From assembly GCA_001687465.1 (NCBI GenBank), contig LVLI01000563.1:1-57127 (forward strand): a DNA stretch of 57,127 bases, in the 5' to 3' direction. The notes under the pieces are model-generated. The model did no database searches. It saw nothing but the letters and a program-made list of their open reading frames with translations, and was not told the origin of the DNA. This DNA is from Halocafeteria seosinensis (taxonomy: Eukaryota). This document shows, one piece after another, positions 35,826-48,187 of this stretch; positions within the stretch are counted from its first letter, which is position 1, and each line of letters opens with the position of its first letter. The position numbers and the translations under genes were made by a program.

Positions 35826-36176
35826 CTTGATTCTTCGTCTTCTCGCAGTGTTCCCGCAGCATGTAGCTAGAATCTTCAGTGTCTTCCTTGTAGCGTGGTC
35901 TAGTCCGCACTTCCCAGCACAAGCTAGCATCTGATGAATGTGAACACCTACTTCTTTCCTTGTTACCCACCACCTATCTCTGTGCTAGCCTGTAGCTGGT
36001 CCAGATACATCCAGTATTCCATTCCGCATCAAACACAACACAAGTGAGGAATTACAAACTAGAATTCACAAAACCGATTATAGCGATAAACTCAATGTTC
36101 AACCCTCTTCCCGTTCCACTTTCAACTTGACTAAGTCAACTGACTTCCTCTGTCGGCAGCCGTTGTTGACGTAGCG

Positions 36177-36186
36177 CTGAGCGGCT
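36177..36186 (+). promoter_or_regulatory. CTGAGCGGCT candidate mastigoneme-gene promoter motif
   Basis: About 190 bp upstream of ATG 36375; the same motif occurs at 47967-47976 and 51999-52008. Confidence 0.5.
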
Positions 36187-36374
36187 GAACAGATTTCTCG
36201 ACAACGTTCACGCAAAAGAGTACCCTCTAGCATTGCGGTTTGTGTAGTTATATTTGAACAAGGGTGGGAGACAAAATTATTCCCAGGTTGGATGCAGAGG
36301 ATTGGCCTGGAGAACCACACACATCGCCCCATAGGCCACTGTTTCTCAGTCAAATGGTTGATGGACTATTGAAC

Positions 36375-37830
36375 ATGAAGAATCTGGCCTTATTATCAGG
36401 TGTTCTAGTCTTTGCCACGTCCATTTTTATTGTGGATGGTGCTTGTCGTAAGTTGGTCGCTGTGCATTCGATCTGCTTTGGCGAACGGGGCATATTTTTT
36501 GCTGTGTTTTCCTTAAGCGCAGCAAACCAGTGCTCAGGACATGGACGATGCGATGATACGGACAGATGTGTTTGCTTTCGACGCTTTCAGAGGGACGGGT
36601 GGACAGGACCAGACTGCTCACTTCGTATGTAATGAAATCACCGTGGTTCTGATTTTACTGTCCGCAACACTTCTTCGGTGCGCCGGCTACTGCAGGAACA
36701 TGTCCCTATGGTACAGCATGGGGAACTCTTTCTACGCAACCAAATGATGTTATTAAGTCGAGATATCTCCCTGTATTGGACAGTATGTCCAGGAGCGATA
36801 GCCCATTTACTTACGAAATCCCGGGAAAGCTTAATGTCAAAGAAGACTTCACACTAACTCTGGAGATAACTGCGGTGGAAGAAGTTGCAGGTGAACCTCA
36901 CGTCAGCTTTAGATGGGACGTCGGGAACGATGTCAAAACATTTCCAGAGGTAGGTTCATTCCACTCACATCGATAGTCTGTTCTCTAATCTATGGTGTGT
37001 TTCTTCCAGGTGACGGCGTCTGAAGATGGATTTTACAATTCCTTGGCAACGGCAGCAGAAATAACCATTGACGGTGTGCGCACAAATATGTTTGTTTACA
37101 TCAATAACCTTGACGGAAGTACCACCGTAGCAGACTATAAGACCGGCGACAAAGAAGTATGTGCTTACCGAATAGTTGTGTCTTTGACAAGGCCCTATCG
37201 CAACGCGTGCAATGAAACCGTGAATGCAGATCGTCACAGTTTTTGCAAAGTCACACTGGATGTCAACAGATGACAACTCAGCTCATCAGCCAGTAGAATG
37301 TGGTGGAAACGGGGTTTGTGATCGCTCCTCCGGCCAGTGTAAATGCTTTGGCAGTTTCGACGGAGATGCATGTCAAAAGTGTAAGTTCTGCTCCGGGACG
37401 CGCATAAGTTTTCTCCAAATATGAACGAGTGAAGTGATCGCAGTGAGGTGTCCACGATATTGCGGAGGCCACGGACAGTGTATTGGCCAAAGAACTTTGG
37501 CACAAGAAGGAGACAGCACGTACACCAAGGCATGGGATGCAAAGTTGACGTACGGTTGTGTTTGCGATGATGGATATCAAGGAGCGGACTGCACTTACCG
37601 TAAGTCATGCATCGCGGCTTTGGGTCGTTTCACACTTTCACCACTACATGCGTATGTGCTTAACATGTTCAGGAAGATGTCCTTCCGGAGAGGATCCCAG
37701 TGGAGGCCCTGGAGGAAGCGAAGCCAGAGAGTGCTCTGGTCGTGGTCGGTGTAACATGTTGGTTGGGAAGTGTATTTGCGCTAAAGGATATGTAGGCGCC
37801 GCATGTGACAAACATGCAACATCGGTTTAA
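36375..37830 (+). CDS. Tubular mastigoneme protein (EGF/Cys-rich, Mas3/SIG3-like short C-terminus), multi-exon
   Basis: Signal peptide; C|PNQCSGHGRC..WTGPDCSLR; AHQPVECGGNGVCD; AWDAKLTYGCVCDDGYQGADC; CPSGEDPSGGPGGSEARECSGRGRC. Confidence 0.8.
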
Positions 37831-37924
37831 TAATCACAGAGCCACCTCTGGTGAACGTCCATAGTATTGTCCTTGCTGTAGCTTGGCAAGTAGTACTTGG
37901 GGCTCTATTTGGTATCACTCGCAT

Positions 37925-38695
37925 TTACCTGCCGGTTGGACAGTACCCATCACCATTCTTCATTAGATACTTCTGGTGGTACTCCTCTGCCGGCCAGAAC
38001 TTCGATGCTTTCTGAATCTCAGTGACAATGGGTCTCTCGAACTTTGGTTGCCATCGCTCAATAGCGGCTGGAAGCAAAAAGACCAATACCGTGAGTTGAG
38101 CCATTTTTAAGTATACAATTTCCCCCCCAACATACCTTCGGCTTCTTTCCGTTGGTCGTCGTCATGACAGAAAATAGCGGATCTGTATTGAGTTCCTACA
38201 TCAGGTCCTTGTCGATTCTTCGTCGTGGGATTATGCGATTCGAAAAACACGTCCAGAAGAGTTGCATATCTGCATCCCACCCAGCCACTATTCAGAGACA
38301 ACATTTTTCAGACGCGTCAATCCTGCAACATACGAAGTTTTCTCCGGATCATATTCCATCTGCACGGCCTCGGCGTGTCCCGTATCTCCCTTACACACCT
38401 GAAGGAAGCGAAGAAGCAAAGTTGGACGTGGACGTCGACCTGAACCAGACTACATGTACACCACCCTCTTTGCCTTACCTGCTTATACGTCGGGTTCTCC
38501 GTCACTCCTCCCGTGTACCCGACCTGAATTCATTACGCGGTGTCGAGAGTTTGCGGTAGGGCCTCGTCTCGTCCAACGTGCGCTTACCTGGGTGGAGAGG
38601 ACCCCCGGGGTGCGGTAGAACGCCATCTCGACGCCCCAGAAGCATCCTGCCGCAAACGTAGCCAAAGGGCGCGTCGTAGCACTTGTTCCCGACAT
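37925..38695 (-). CDS. msrA: Peptide methionine sulfoxide reductase A, multi-exon (ends approximate)
   Basis: [69 protein letters not shown]. Confidence 0.93.
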
Positions 38696-38965
38696 ACTGG
38701 CTCCCGATACGAGTAATCCTAGTCCTAACACTGTGGACGAAAAAACAGTGTGGGCTTTGATGGATGGAATACGCGTGCTCTGCAGGACCTGGAACTTACA
38801 GAGAGCAAGGGAATACACAAGGTTCATAGGCGACTTGACAGCACAAGGGTATGTGTGTTGTCTGAAAAAATTGTAGCTCAATCTCTTCCGTATAAAATGT
38901 ACTATTTTCATTGAGAATGACGTCAGAGCAGCAACTTCAATCTCAGCTACNTACNTAGACACCAA

Positions 38966-40751
38966 CTACGCCGAGGAAGAAGTATGGCTTTCGGAAAAAT
39001 GTGGTTGCCAGAGGAGACCGACCTCCTCGCCAGTCTTTTCCGTACTTTGAGCGCTGGAAGCTTGGTTCATATCGAAGGCCAGATTATTGAGACCTTCTTC
39101 TGGGATTCCACCATATGGGACCTGATGTTGCTGCATCGAAAGATGGTTATAGTAGGGAGCCTGATGCACCATGTTCTCTTCTCCTACACCCATATCATAA
39201 GGACTATCCGACATGTACGTGGGCTGTCCTTGAAAACCCATCCATGGGTAATACATTTGATTCATTCCTTGCATATTCTGGTGAACAGGGAACGCTTGTT
39301 GCGGAGGCTGATACAGCATGCCCTCAGCGACGAAGCCACCCGTCCCTGACTGATTAGGTACGTCAGTTCCATACTGTTGTTCTTCCTCATGCTGGAGTTC
39401 TTCCTTTTCAAATATTTTCGCTCTCATTTCTTCGTACGACGCTTCCTTTCGAAGAACCACAGCCGGTCCTTCGTCGGAGTTCTTACTGTTCTCCTCTTTC
39501 CCTTCGCCGCCTTCTTCGCTGTTGGGCGACTTTGCAGTAGCACGTTGCTTGATCTTGATCGATCCTTGGTTCAACCCAGTTCCTGGGCGCTCCAGTCTTT
39601 CCTGTAAAGCTGCACGGACTGGGCTAGTTGTGTCCGTAGCAGCAAACCCTTTCTTCCGTGGGATAAAGTTGTACGCTATTTCCTTCTGTTGCAAGTCTGC
39701 TGGCCCTGAGCAGCGTATAGCTGCAGGATGTTCTCCTCGTTGTTTGCTTTCTCTTGGCACGAATTCACGGCTTTTAATCTTCAATCCTGCAGGCGACGAT
39801 TGAGGTGAAGCAGACTCCATCTCACCTAAAGTCTCCCAAACTACTTGATTCTGTTCACACAAATCCATAAAATGCGCTAAGCTAAAGGAAGGAAAAGTCG
39901 ATGCTTCGCTTCGGAAAACACGCAAACCATGGTGTGTGTTACTTCCTTTTCCCTTTCGCTGTTGATCCTGCTTGTCGTCGAAACCCGAATTCTTAAGTGT
40001 TTGCCGCTGTAAACCGTACCAGTCACACATGCGATGCAAGATCAGGCGATGATAAGATGTCAAGGACTGATACTCTAAGTTTCTTTTGCTGCATTGAAGC
40101 AATACATGATACACGAAATTGACGGCATTAGTACGACTTGACAGTGTCACACGGTAACGTACTTTGAGTCTCGTAGCAACTCCTTGAATTCTTGCTCAAC
40201 CAAGAGCATCCATTTCCTATCTCTTTCTTGTCGGCACGCCTGCACTAGAGCTCGATCTAACGTCGAAAGCATGGCTGCAGAAACAAGGCAAAACAACAGC
40301 CCAGATGATAGCATCAACGCTCTTTCATTGAAACTAGGTCCTTCAACGTACTTGACAGGTCGAATTTCGATTCCTCTTGCTCATGTTTTGCATTCTCGCC
40401 ATTATCTTCTGCAGATGCTTCATTCTTTACAAAGTTGGGTTCAAGTCTATTCGTGTCGTCACTTTCATCTCCTAACCCTAATGAAGACAATGTTCCTGTC
40501 AAGGCAGTGGTGTCACGCCCATTGCACACCTGTTGCGACGGGGAGACTCGCCGTTCATAGTCCATATGAGGGTTCTGGGACTGAGATTTCATCTCCTGAA
40601 CATTCACTTTGCGCTGGGGCTCAACTCCGTTCATACTCATAGACATTGCATACGAGGAAGAACAGGAGTATCCCGGCTCGACAGACGAAGTTTTAGGTGG
40701 AGTTTTCACTTTAATACGCATTTTCCCCGTCCCCTTTTCACTTTGAGACAT
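38966..40751 (-). CDS. R3H + SUZ domain RNA-binding protein (ARPP21/encore-like), multi-exon
   Basis: R3H motif LTSYHRLILHRMCDWYGL; SUZ-like EASYEEMRAKIF; Gln/Pro/Tyr-rich tail. Confidence 0.72.
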
Positions 40752-41306
40752 TCTCTACCTAAAGAAAAACACAATCAGAAAATAACTACGGAAAAATATC
40801 CGCTTGGAAAGAGACACAAGCCTCGTATTCACTTGAGAAAGAGGGACTCATTTCGACTGGTGAAAGTGGCGAAACAGGCCGTCTTTTGGTTCTTCTGCTC
40901 CTTCTGCATTCTCACCATTTGCTTCACCCTTCGAGATCAGCAAACTTTAGACAATAATAAAGCTAATCGAACTTTTTCTATTTTGCAAAGACCTCTACCA
41001 ACTTCAATACAAGGCTGGGTAACATGGTGTCTCTTCTTGCTTTTTTCAAAACAGCAACACAGCAATCTTTACTTCTACTTTCCGCTGCGGGAGAAGCGCC
41101 GTTTCGTGGCCACAGTTGCTGCGATTGTGCACCATTAGCTGTAGAAAGAAACGCATTCTCCAAAGCGGCAGCTCTCAACTGGAACTTCTGTAGGACGTCC
41201 TGTTCAGCCGCCTCTTATTTGGGTTCCCCGGAAACCAACGTTTCCCGCTCTACCGCCAACTAGCTGGAGGTCTGTCGAACCAATCATGACTCCCGAGGAG
41301 ACACGC

Positions 41307-42899
41307 ATGAGGCGAGGATCGCTGCGCACATCAGTTCGAGATCCGGCGGCGTCATTGGGTGCACTAGCGCTGTCATGTATGTTATGGACGTCTATCCCTC
41401 GCGGCGGATTTGTGAAGCAGAATCATAAGAGGAGAAGAAGACTGCTTTCGTTCTGTGGAACTATTCCAGCTGACTTGTAGTACGCTGTCATGGAGAACGA
41501 AGAGATACACAGCCGAGAGTTTCATTTCTCTCAGGCCAAACGAGGTATTCAAAGGTGGGGGAACAAAGTCGATTTGACAGGCATTACCTTATTCAGAGGA
41601 ATGTTTAGAATAATGCATACTGATTAGGAATCTACGAATCGAGAGCGGGCAAGCAGCCCTGCATGGTGGATTCTTTGTCCAGAAGGAGCAACGGTAAATC
41701 CATGTGGATTCATGTAGCTCCACCGGATTGATCAATACTTTCGGAGAGCGGTTTGTGGTGCTCGGTCGGAAGAAGCTGGCAAAATCGGTATGTCGAATTC
41801 CTACTCCACTGGAGTGATATCGCAAGATGGTGTTGGCATCTCAGGAGGATTCGTCGGGATAGATCGGGGGATTGTATATAGGCTGTTATTCCACTGGTCA
41901 CATTGCAGGACGAAGGGCAGGAGGTATTGTTGGAACTCAAACTGGTAAGAGCGAAGGTCACGTCCATATCACCCAATCATACTCCACAGACAATATTCTG
42001 GATAGTGGCAGCATTATCGGTTACTGGGCCGGAGTTTCCGGAGGAAGTGTGTACATACAGAACTGTTATACAATGGGAGAAGTTTCCGCAATGTCTACCG
42101 GCGGCATTTGTGGACACTGTGCACCGAAGACAACAATGGTGTATATCGAAGACTCCTATGCGCGGGGAGCGACCACTGGTGACGACGGTTGGAGACGCCG
42201 GGGGATACCATGGATCCGACGAAAGTAGCGCAGATACTGTCCTCATTACCAATCGTACGCTTCCGCTTTTGTTATGGCTTCTTGGGGGGCGGAATCGTAG
42301 GAAGCATCGACAGGAACTCAATTGCTTTGGTTCAAGTAAAACATTCGGTGTACAATAACGGCGATGACGGTACATCGCTCGTGGGATACGACTTGAAGGT
42401 TATAGCAAAAGATATCGAAAATTCTGGAGACTTGCAGGACATAAAGAGTCAACTCTACGTATGTCAGGGATGTGACGAGACCGAGCGATGGAGCAATGGT
42501 ACCTGGGCTGTAAACGGCACAAATAACTTAACCATGCTTCGTTTCCAAATACCGTGTTTCACTCCCACCTCGACCACAACAGCTACAGTCATTCCGTCTG
42601 GCTCCACAACACCGACGACATCAGCGTCAGTATCGCCATCGAGAAATGACCATCCCCACATACTCGCAGTCAAGCACTGTATCTCCAACTCGTACGAGTT
42701 CAAATACTGCTACCAGTACCAACACAGTATCCACAACCAGTTCTCCCCCAGGCCCAAGCGCCACAGCAACAGTTACCACTACTGGTACTGGAACTCAGTC
42801 CCTGCCACCGGTCGTCAGATCGAGAGACTTTCTTCGAATACAGTTTCCCGGAGATCGGTTAAACAAACACCTAGGTGGTGTGAGCAACAGACGCCGTGA
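41307..42899 (+). pseudogene. Degraded paralogue of the GLUG-like secreted repeat protein, with a Ser/Thr-rich tail
   Basis: LIRNLRIESGQAALHGGFFVQKEQR*IHVDSCSSTG (TAA 41695-41697), CYSTGHIAGRRAGGIVG, NCYTMGEVSAMSTGGICG; several frameshifts; aligns by eye to 1-1265. Confidence 0.7.
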
Positions 42900-43394
42900 A
42901 AAATAGAGTAGGGGATCGGTGTAGATTAAAAAATACTCCGTTGGAGGAATAATAATATGCCCTCGTCCCGTCTTTTCTCATTACGGTTCTGTCCCGCGCG
43001 ATTTCTTTGCTTTCCCCTAGCAACTCAGGTAGACTGGATCGATAACACTAGGTTAGAGCATTCAAGCCCAGAATTCCACCAAGACGGTGAGAGATCACCG
43101 CCTCCGTAATAGAAGGAGTTGCTGCTGTCCAACCTATCTTCACTGCACTTCAGTTTTCAGACATCTCTTATAGTGATTCCTCTAAGGAAGCATAACAAGT
43201 TGCCCCATAGTTCACATTGGACGCTTTGCCGACACTGTTGTCAGAATCAGACGCGATATAGCGCCATATGCCGTATCCCTCAACTTCCGCTCAATACGAA
43301 TTAGGATCATGATCATCGCTACGTTCATGAGGTTGATTTTACCGGTTCTCCGCGATCAATACTCTCCAAAGTAGGCTAATTTTGCCGCTTGCCC

Positions 43395-44274
43395 TCAATC
43401 AATACTTTTCAAACTGTCAAAGACTCTCTCATTCCACTCACGGAGAGACAGCGGTCGTGAAACAAAGTGCTGCGGACAAGCAGGTTGATATCTCTCGGCG
43501 TCCCCAATAGACACGATATCCGATCCACCACTCTCAAGACGCTGAGTATATGGTGCGGGAGCACCACATACGGACCCTGTAGCATCCACATGAGTGCAGT
43601 TAGACACAAAATGATTACTCTCCCCTGGTATTTCACGAGAGCCTTTCAACATATGACAGATGTCTAAAACATGACCGAAGCGTTCTCCCCGGAAGTCTAA
43701 ATCCAATCCAGCGAAATACAAAGCAGGGTCTGAACCATCCCCCCGAAACTCTTGTTCATACCGCTTCCAAAACCTAATCAGTGATTCGTCAAAAAATTGA
43801 GCCTGCACGAGAGTTGAACACTTGAGTTTAACTGAGTGAAAGCCTGGCTGACTTCTTACATACTTCGTCGATGGCGTATACCGTGTGCGGCATTAATTCC
43901 AGGGAATCCAAGGTTGACAGAGGCAACGCGTGATCAATCTGATGCCCATCCCGAGAGCGAATAACTGTCGATGGAGTCCGCGTATCAGCTGAATGCTTCA
44001 CTGCCACGACTCGATGGAATCGTGGGGAGGATACCGAGGGTGCTCGGGACGCTGCTGCCTGGTTATAAGGCGAATGATACAAAATGCAATCTTGCGTTTT
44101 CCGTATCAAGTGCGATGTCTTCCCACTGCATGACCAGTAAAAACGCATAATTACTAACCATGTACACGGATTTCCGACTTCATACCTCCACATGGGTCCA
44201 TAAAAGACTCGTACGAAGTCGAACACCGAGGTTGACTTCCTCGCCGACATCGCCCATCCATTGACAGGGCTCAT
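43395..44274 (-). CDS. TK1: Thymidine kinase (TK1/type II), 3 exons
   Basis: YGPMW|SGKTSHLI, KHSADTR, IRSRDG, AIDE|AQFF, FAGLDLDFRGERFG, IGDAERYQPACPQH. Confidence 0.88.
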
Positions 44275-44629
44275 GTTCGAGCACGTGTTACGGACTCGGC
44301 ATTTCCAAATATGAGCATTCAATTTTGCTGGTTCCTTCTTCCAAACACGCAGGATAATGATGAAGTAAATACTTACTTCAACCAGAGTGTCACTTTCTGC
44401 AGCATGAACAATACTTAATAGCTACCTTGGTCATAGACCGCATTTGGAGATTTCGAAAGAAGGAATGGGAACATAAACACAATTTATGACAAAATAGGAG
44501 CTAAATAGATACAGACAGTCTAGTAGAAGTTGAGTGTTTACGTTCATCGTTCATTTGTCTTGCAGCTTATCATAGGACAGGTGGCCAATATGACAGTGAG
44601 TGCTAACTAGTATCCCCAGTAGGAAGTCT

Positions 44630-45402
44630 TTAGAACCCAAGAGGTCCTTTCTGCTTGATTTCCTTAACATGTACTCCATCGGGTACCAAAGTGCCTTCGT
44701 TACGCATCTCCTGGTAGGTATCGCGGTTGTACTCTGTGAATCCCCACTTTCTGGACATAATGGTTTTCTGACGGCCGGGGAATTTCATCTTAGCACGGCG
44801 CAAAGCTCCAATGATGGATTCTTTATGCTTATCGTGAGATCTGACACTCATCAAGATCTGTCCAATATGTACGCGTGCAACTTTTCCCGCTGGCTTACCG
44901 TAGGCATGGCGCATACCAGTTTGGAGCCTATCGGCACCAGCACATGACAACATTTTGTTGATACGAGTCACATGGAAAGGGTGAGCGCGAATTCGGAGAT
45001 GGAATCCGTCCTTACCACAGAACTTGGTCAAGTTCTTGTTGCATGCAATACGAGCAGCCTCGAGAGCTTCACTGGAGATCTGTTCACGTTCATCAGAAAC
45101 CAAGTGAGCGACGAAGGGGAACTCATCTACATCGGCTTTCTTATGACCGTTGTCGTAAATGCGAATCTTGGGGTCTGTATATACAATTGGGAAAATGGGT
45201 AAGAAGTGAAGCCCATCTCCTTCAGGAAACACAAGCCCTCCACGGGAGCCTTCCCACGGCTTCTGACCCGGGGGATCAGGAGGCCATGGGACGTCCACAT
45301 GTATCAGGACCCTCACATACCTGGCACACCGCGCAAGTACCTGGATTTGATCCATGGTTTGTTCTTGCAGTAGCGGTAGCAACGAGCTGGTCGACGTCCC
45401 AT
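44630..45402 (-). CDS. RPL10: 60S ribosomal protein L10 (uL16/QM), 2 coding exons
   Basis: [35 protein letters not shown] (intron 45175-45320); [26 protein letters not shown]. Confidence 0.97.
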
Positions 45403-45450
45403 TTTTGCTGCTTGCTAGAAGTCTATTGATACCTTCTTTCCAAATGTTGG

Positions 45451-45802
45451 CTGCACACACATACCCACAAACGCACAATTCAAGTAAATTCGGTCGATTT
45501 ACCTATAATGGTTGCGCGTGGCATGCAAATAAAGAGCCAAGCTGCACTCGCAGAGACACCCCCACAGGACTCCAGACCCCTCTCCCCGTAGAATTCCCCT
45601 TGCAACCCTTTTTGTTACAGTCGCCCCTACAGCCCCGAACAAAAGGGACCGGGTGGGTAGCTTCGGGGGGCGACCAAGGGGATAAACCACCGTGGGGTCA
45701 CAAGGGTCATCGGCGCTATAACACAAGTAGATACTCTACTTGCATGCCACGCATACGCAATCACTCGGCTATCAACATAGTAGAATTGAATAAATTACTT
45801 AC
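45451..45802 (-). other. 352-nt rod-like structured 5'-UTR intron of RPL10
   Basis: G|GTAAGT donor and TGTGCAG acceptor 48 nt before the ATG; perfect 13-bp inverted repeat 45516-45528/45740-45752 enclosing nested GC stems. Confidence 0.72.
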
Positions 45803-45890
45803 CCTGTCCTATGCACAATCCAACCCCGACGATGATGATGTGTTATACTGTGTGGCCTTGAACCAGAGCTTTTCCGGATTGTAGGAAGTT

Positions 45891-45911
45891 TTCGGGCCGA
45901 ACACGCCCGAA
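45891..45911. promoter_or_regulatory. Candidate promoter element TTCGGGCCGAACACGCCCGAA upstream of RPL10
   Basis: Inverted repeat TTCGGGC/GCCCGAA; shares CGGGCCGAA..GCCCG with the RPL15 upstream element. Confidence 0.4.
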
Positions 45912-46121
45912 CAGTGGAATTCAAAAGCCATAGTCATAGTTTGTAACCACGTTGTATCCATAATAAGTACTTAACATGATGATCCTTGACTTGCAAGTAA
46001 TAAAGAACGATTTTCTAAGCTTGTGCGGTTCGTTTTTTTGTATGCAATGTTTGCACTGCATTCTGTGAATAGGGCCATTCTGGAAGGAAGGAAGTGATGA
46101 TAGCTAAGACTACCTATGTAC

Positions 46122-47756
46122 TTATGAAGCATCTCCATCCTGCGTATCTGACAAAGTCTCAGATACGACAGAATCTTGACTTACACCTCCGTTGGACTGG
46201 GCAGATTCCTGCTGCTGTCGGTTCCTGACGCCTTCACCTGACCTCACTTTGCCTGCTGCAACGTCCTGAACAGAACAATCGAGGAAAGTGTATCCAGGAA
46301 AGCAAGAACACAGGCCAGTTCGATGATTGCAAAGCCCACGGTTTGAACATGGAGACCTTTCTTTATTGCCAACTTGATCACTGCGGATGTCGCGAGGGAT
46401 TACGATAACTGGCTCGCCATCTTCAAACGCTGCGGCTTTCCACGAGTTACCGTAGTGGTTGACTTTTAGAGGATAAGCTACTCCCGTAGGTCTAATGAAC
46501 TCAATAGTAATATGAAACAGCTGATCCTCTCCTGTCAGCTGAGCGCTTCCACATGAGCTGCTCAAGTCATCTTCTACCGTGTGGCACGTAACCTTAACAT
46601 TTTGCACAACATTCCCTGGTATTGACTCCAGAGACTTTTCGACGAAAACAAGAAGATCTGTTGCTGTAGAATTGAAGTTAGCTGGATGCAGTCTATGCCC
46701 ATAGGTCTCCCATTCAGTCAGGAAGTGGTCGGTGAACACAAGAGCAAACATGCCAGGTTCGGTTACTGCGAAATGAAGCCACATTCATTTTACTTTCATT
46801 CACCTCCAGAACCCTAGCCAGAAGCTAAGCTCTTACCTGTAATCCTCATATCAAATGTTATAGTTTGTTGGTGGTTTCTACATTTTTCGCCTCCACAGGT
46901 AAAAGCTTCTGATGTCAGTGGGTCGTCTCCGCGCGGACAGTCTCTCATGGAGCAGTCCATTCCAAAGTATCCTGGGTCACAAATGCACGCATATTGCATA
47001 TCCCGATCCCATGATTCATATTCGAAGGCTTGTTGGACTCCTTCAAATTTCCGTTCACCAGCCACGGCATCAACTTCCCTTTTATTCAAAGCGCCGGCAG
47101 CGATGTCTCCTACTGATCTGCAGGTCCCGTGGCCGTTGCATTGACTGGGACATGTGCCTGCACAGCCAAGTGAATATAATTTATCGAGTGTCAATTTAAT
47201 TCCGTAGTGTTCTCAGTTAGACATACTTCTTTGGCAGGAAGATCCTGTGTAGCCTTGAAAGCACCTACACAATCCTGTTTCTCGTTGGCAAATCCCCTTC
47301 GCTGAGCACTCCTGATAAAAGTGTGCTTCATTAGGGTCTGCTTGAAACCCTCCTTTGTCCTTCTTAGTCGGAAAGAATTCCGGGATTTCTAAGTTGGTAT
47401 TTCTGCGCTCATCCATCACATATGCTTCATCTGACAGAGCCTGACTGCCATCGTGGTTTAAGTCTCCTTGATGAACATCAGTCCAGGCAAATCCAAAGGG
47501 ACACAAGCGCTGACTGCAGTCACCCCCAGTGAATCCCTTATAGCATTCGCAGCTATCGTGAATACCACAGACACCATTTCCAGAGCATGTATTTGCTGCA
47601 GCAACGACTCGAGAGGGTGTGCACAGATCAGGAAAGGGTATCCACCGGCAATCACTTACGACATTCTGCTATTGCGTTCGTGGCGAAGCACAAGAGCAGT
47701 ATGGATATAAACACCAGCGCAAGCACGCTGTTGTTTGATTTAGTACAAGGCTGCAT
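46122..47756 (-). CDS. Tubular mastigoneme protein (Mas1/SIG1/Ocm1-like), multi-exon
   Basis: Signal peptide; C|PNTCSGNGVC; CPFGFAWTDVHQGDLNHDG; EAHFYQECSAKGIC; WDRDMQYACICDPGYFGMDCSMRDCPRGDDPLT; GNKERSPCSNRGLC. Confidence 0.85.
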
Positions 47757-47966
47757 TGTTGATGCTTCGATTAGATCACTGCGCAGCACATCATCTTTTG
47801 CTCTCCTGTACTAGTTTTCTCGCACCGCTATGTTCTGAATTCGCGCAAGCTTCACCATATACTCAATCCATAGATGGATCTAATTCTCACATTCCAATAA
47901 CGACTCTGTGTATTACTTAGTTGCAGCATGTCTCTTTTCAGTATCGTTGAAAGAAGAGAGTCGACG

Positions 47967-47976
47967 AGCCGCTCAG
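47967..47976 (-). promoter_or_regulatory. CTGAGCGGCT motif at the centre of a bidirectional promoter
   Basis: AGCCGCTCAG on the + strand, 211 and 212 bp from the divergent ATGs at 47756 and 48188. Confidence 0.55.
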
Positions 47977-48187
47977 TGGCAAACCGTTGAATACCGACTA
48001 CATCAACCGGGCGTTGCCTCCAGTTCATTACAGCACCGTATGTATAGTACAGTGTCAAATATAATGCTCACAGAGATAGACTAAAAATGCATCTCCATCT
48101 CCTGCTTCCTTCTAGGAGACACTGATAAATGGGAGCATAAAGATATTGTAGACTGCGCTGCATTTTTGGAACGACGTCGAGCTGACA

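Noticed and set aside
38600..38660. Possible selenocysteine MsrA
   Set aside because: The active site is encoded as TGC (GCFWG); there is no in-frame TGA.
45175..45478. N-terminal extension of RPL10 in the ORF track
   Set aside because: Artefact of reading through the intron; the true first exon starts at ATG 45402 in another frame.
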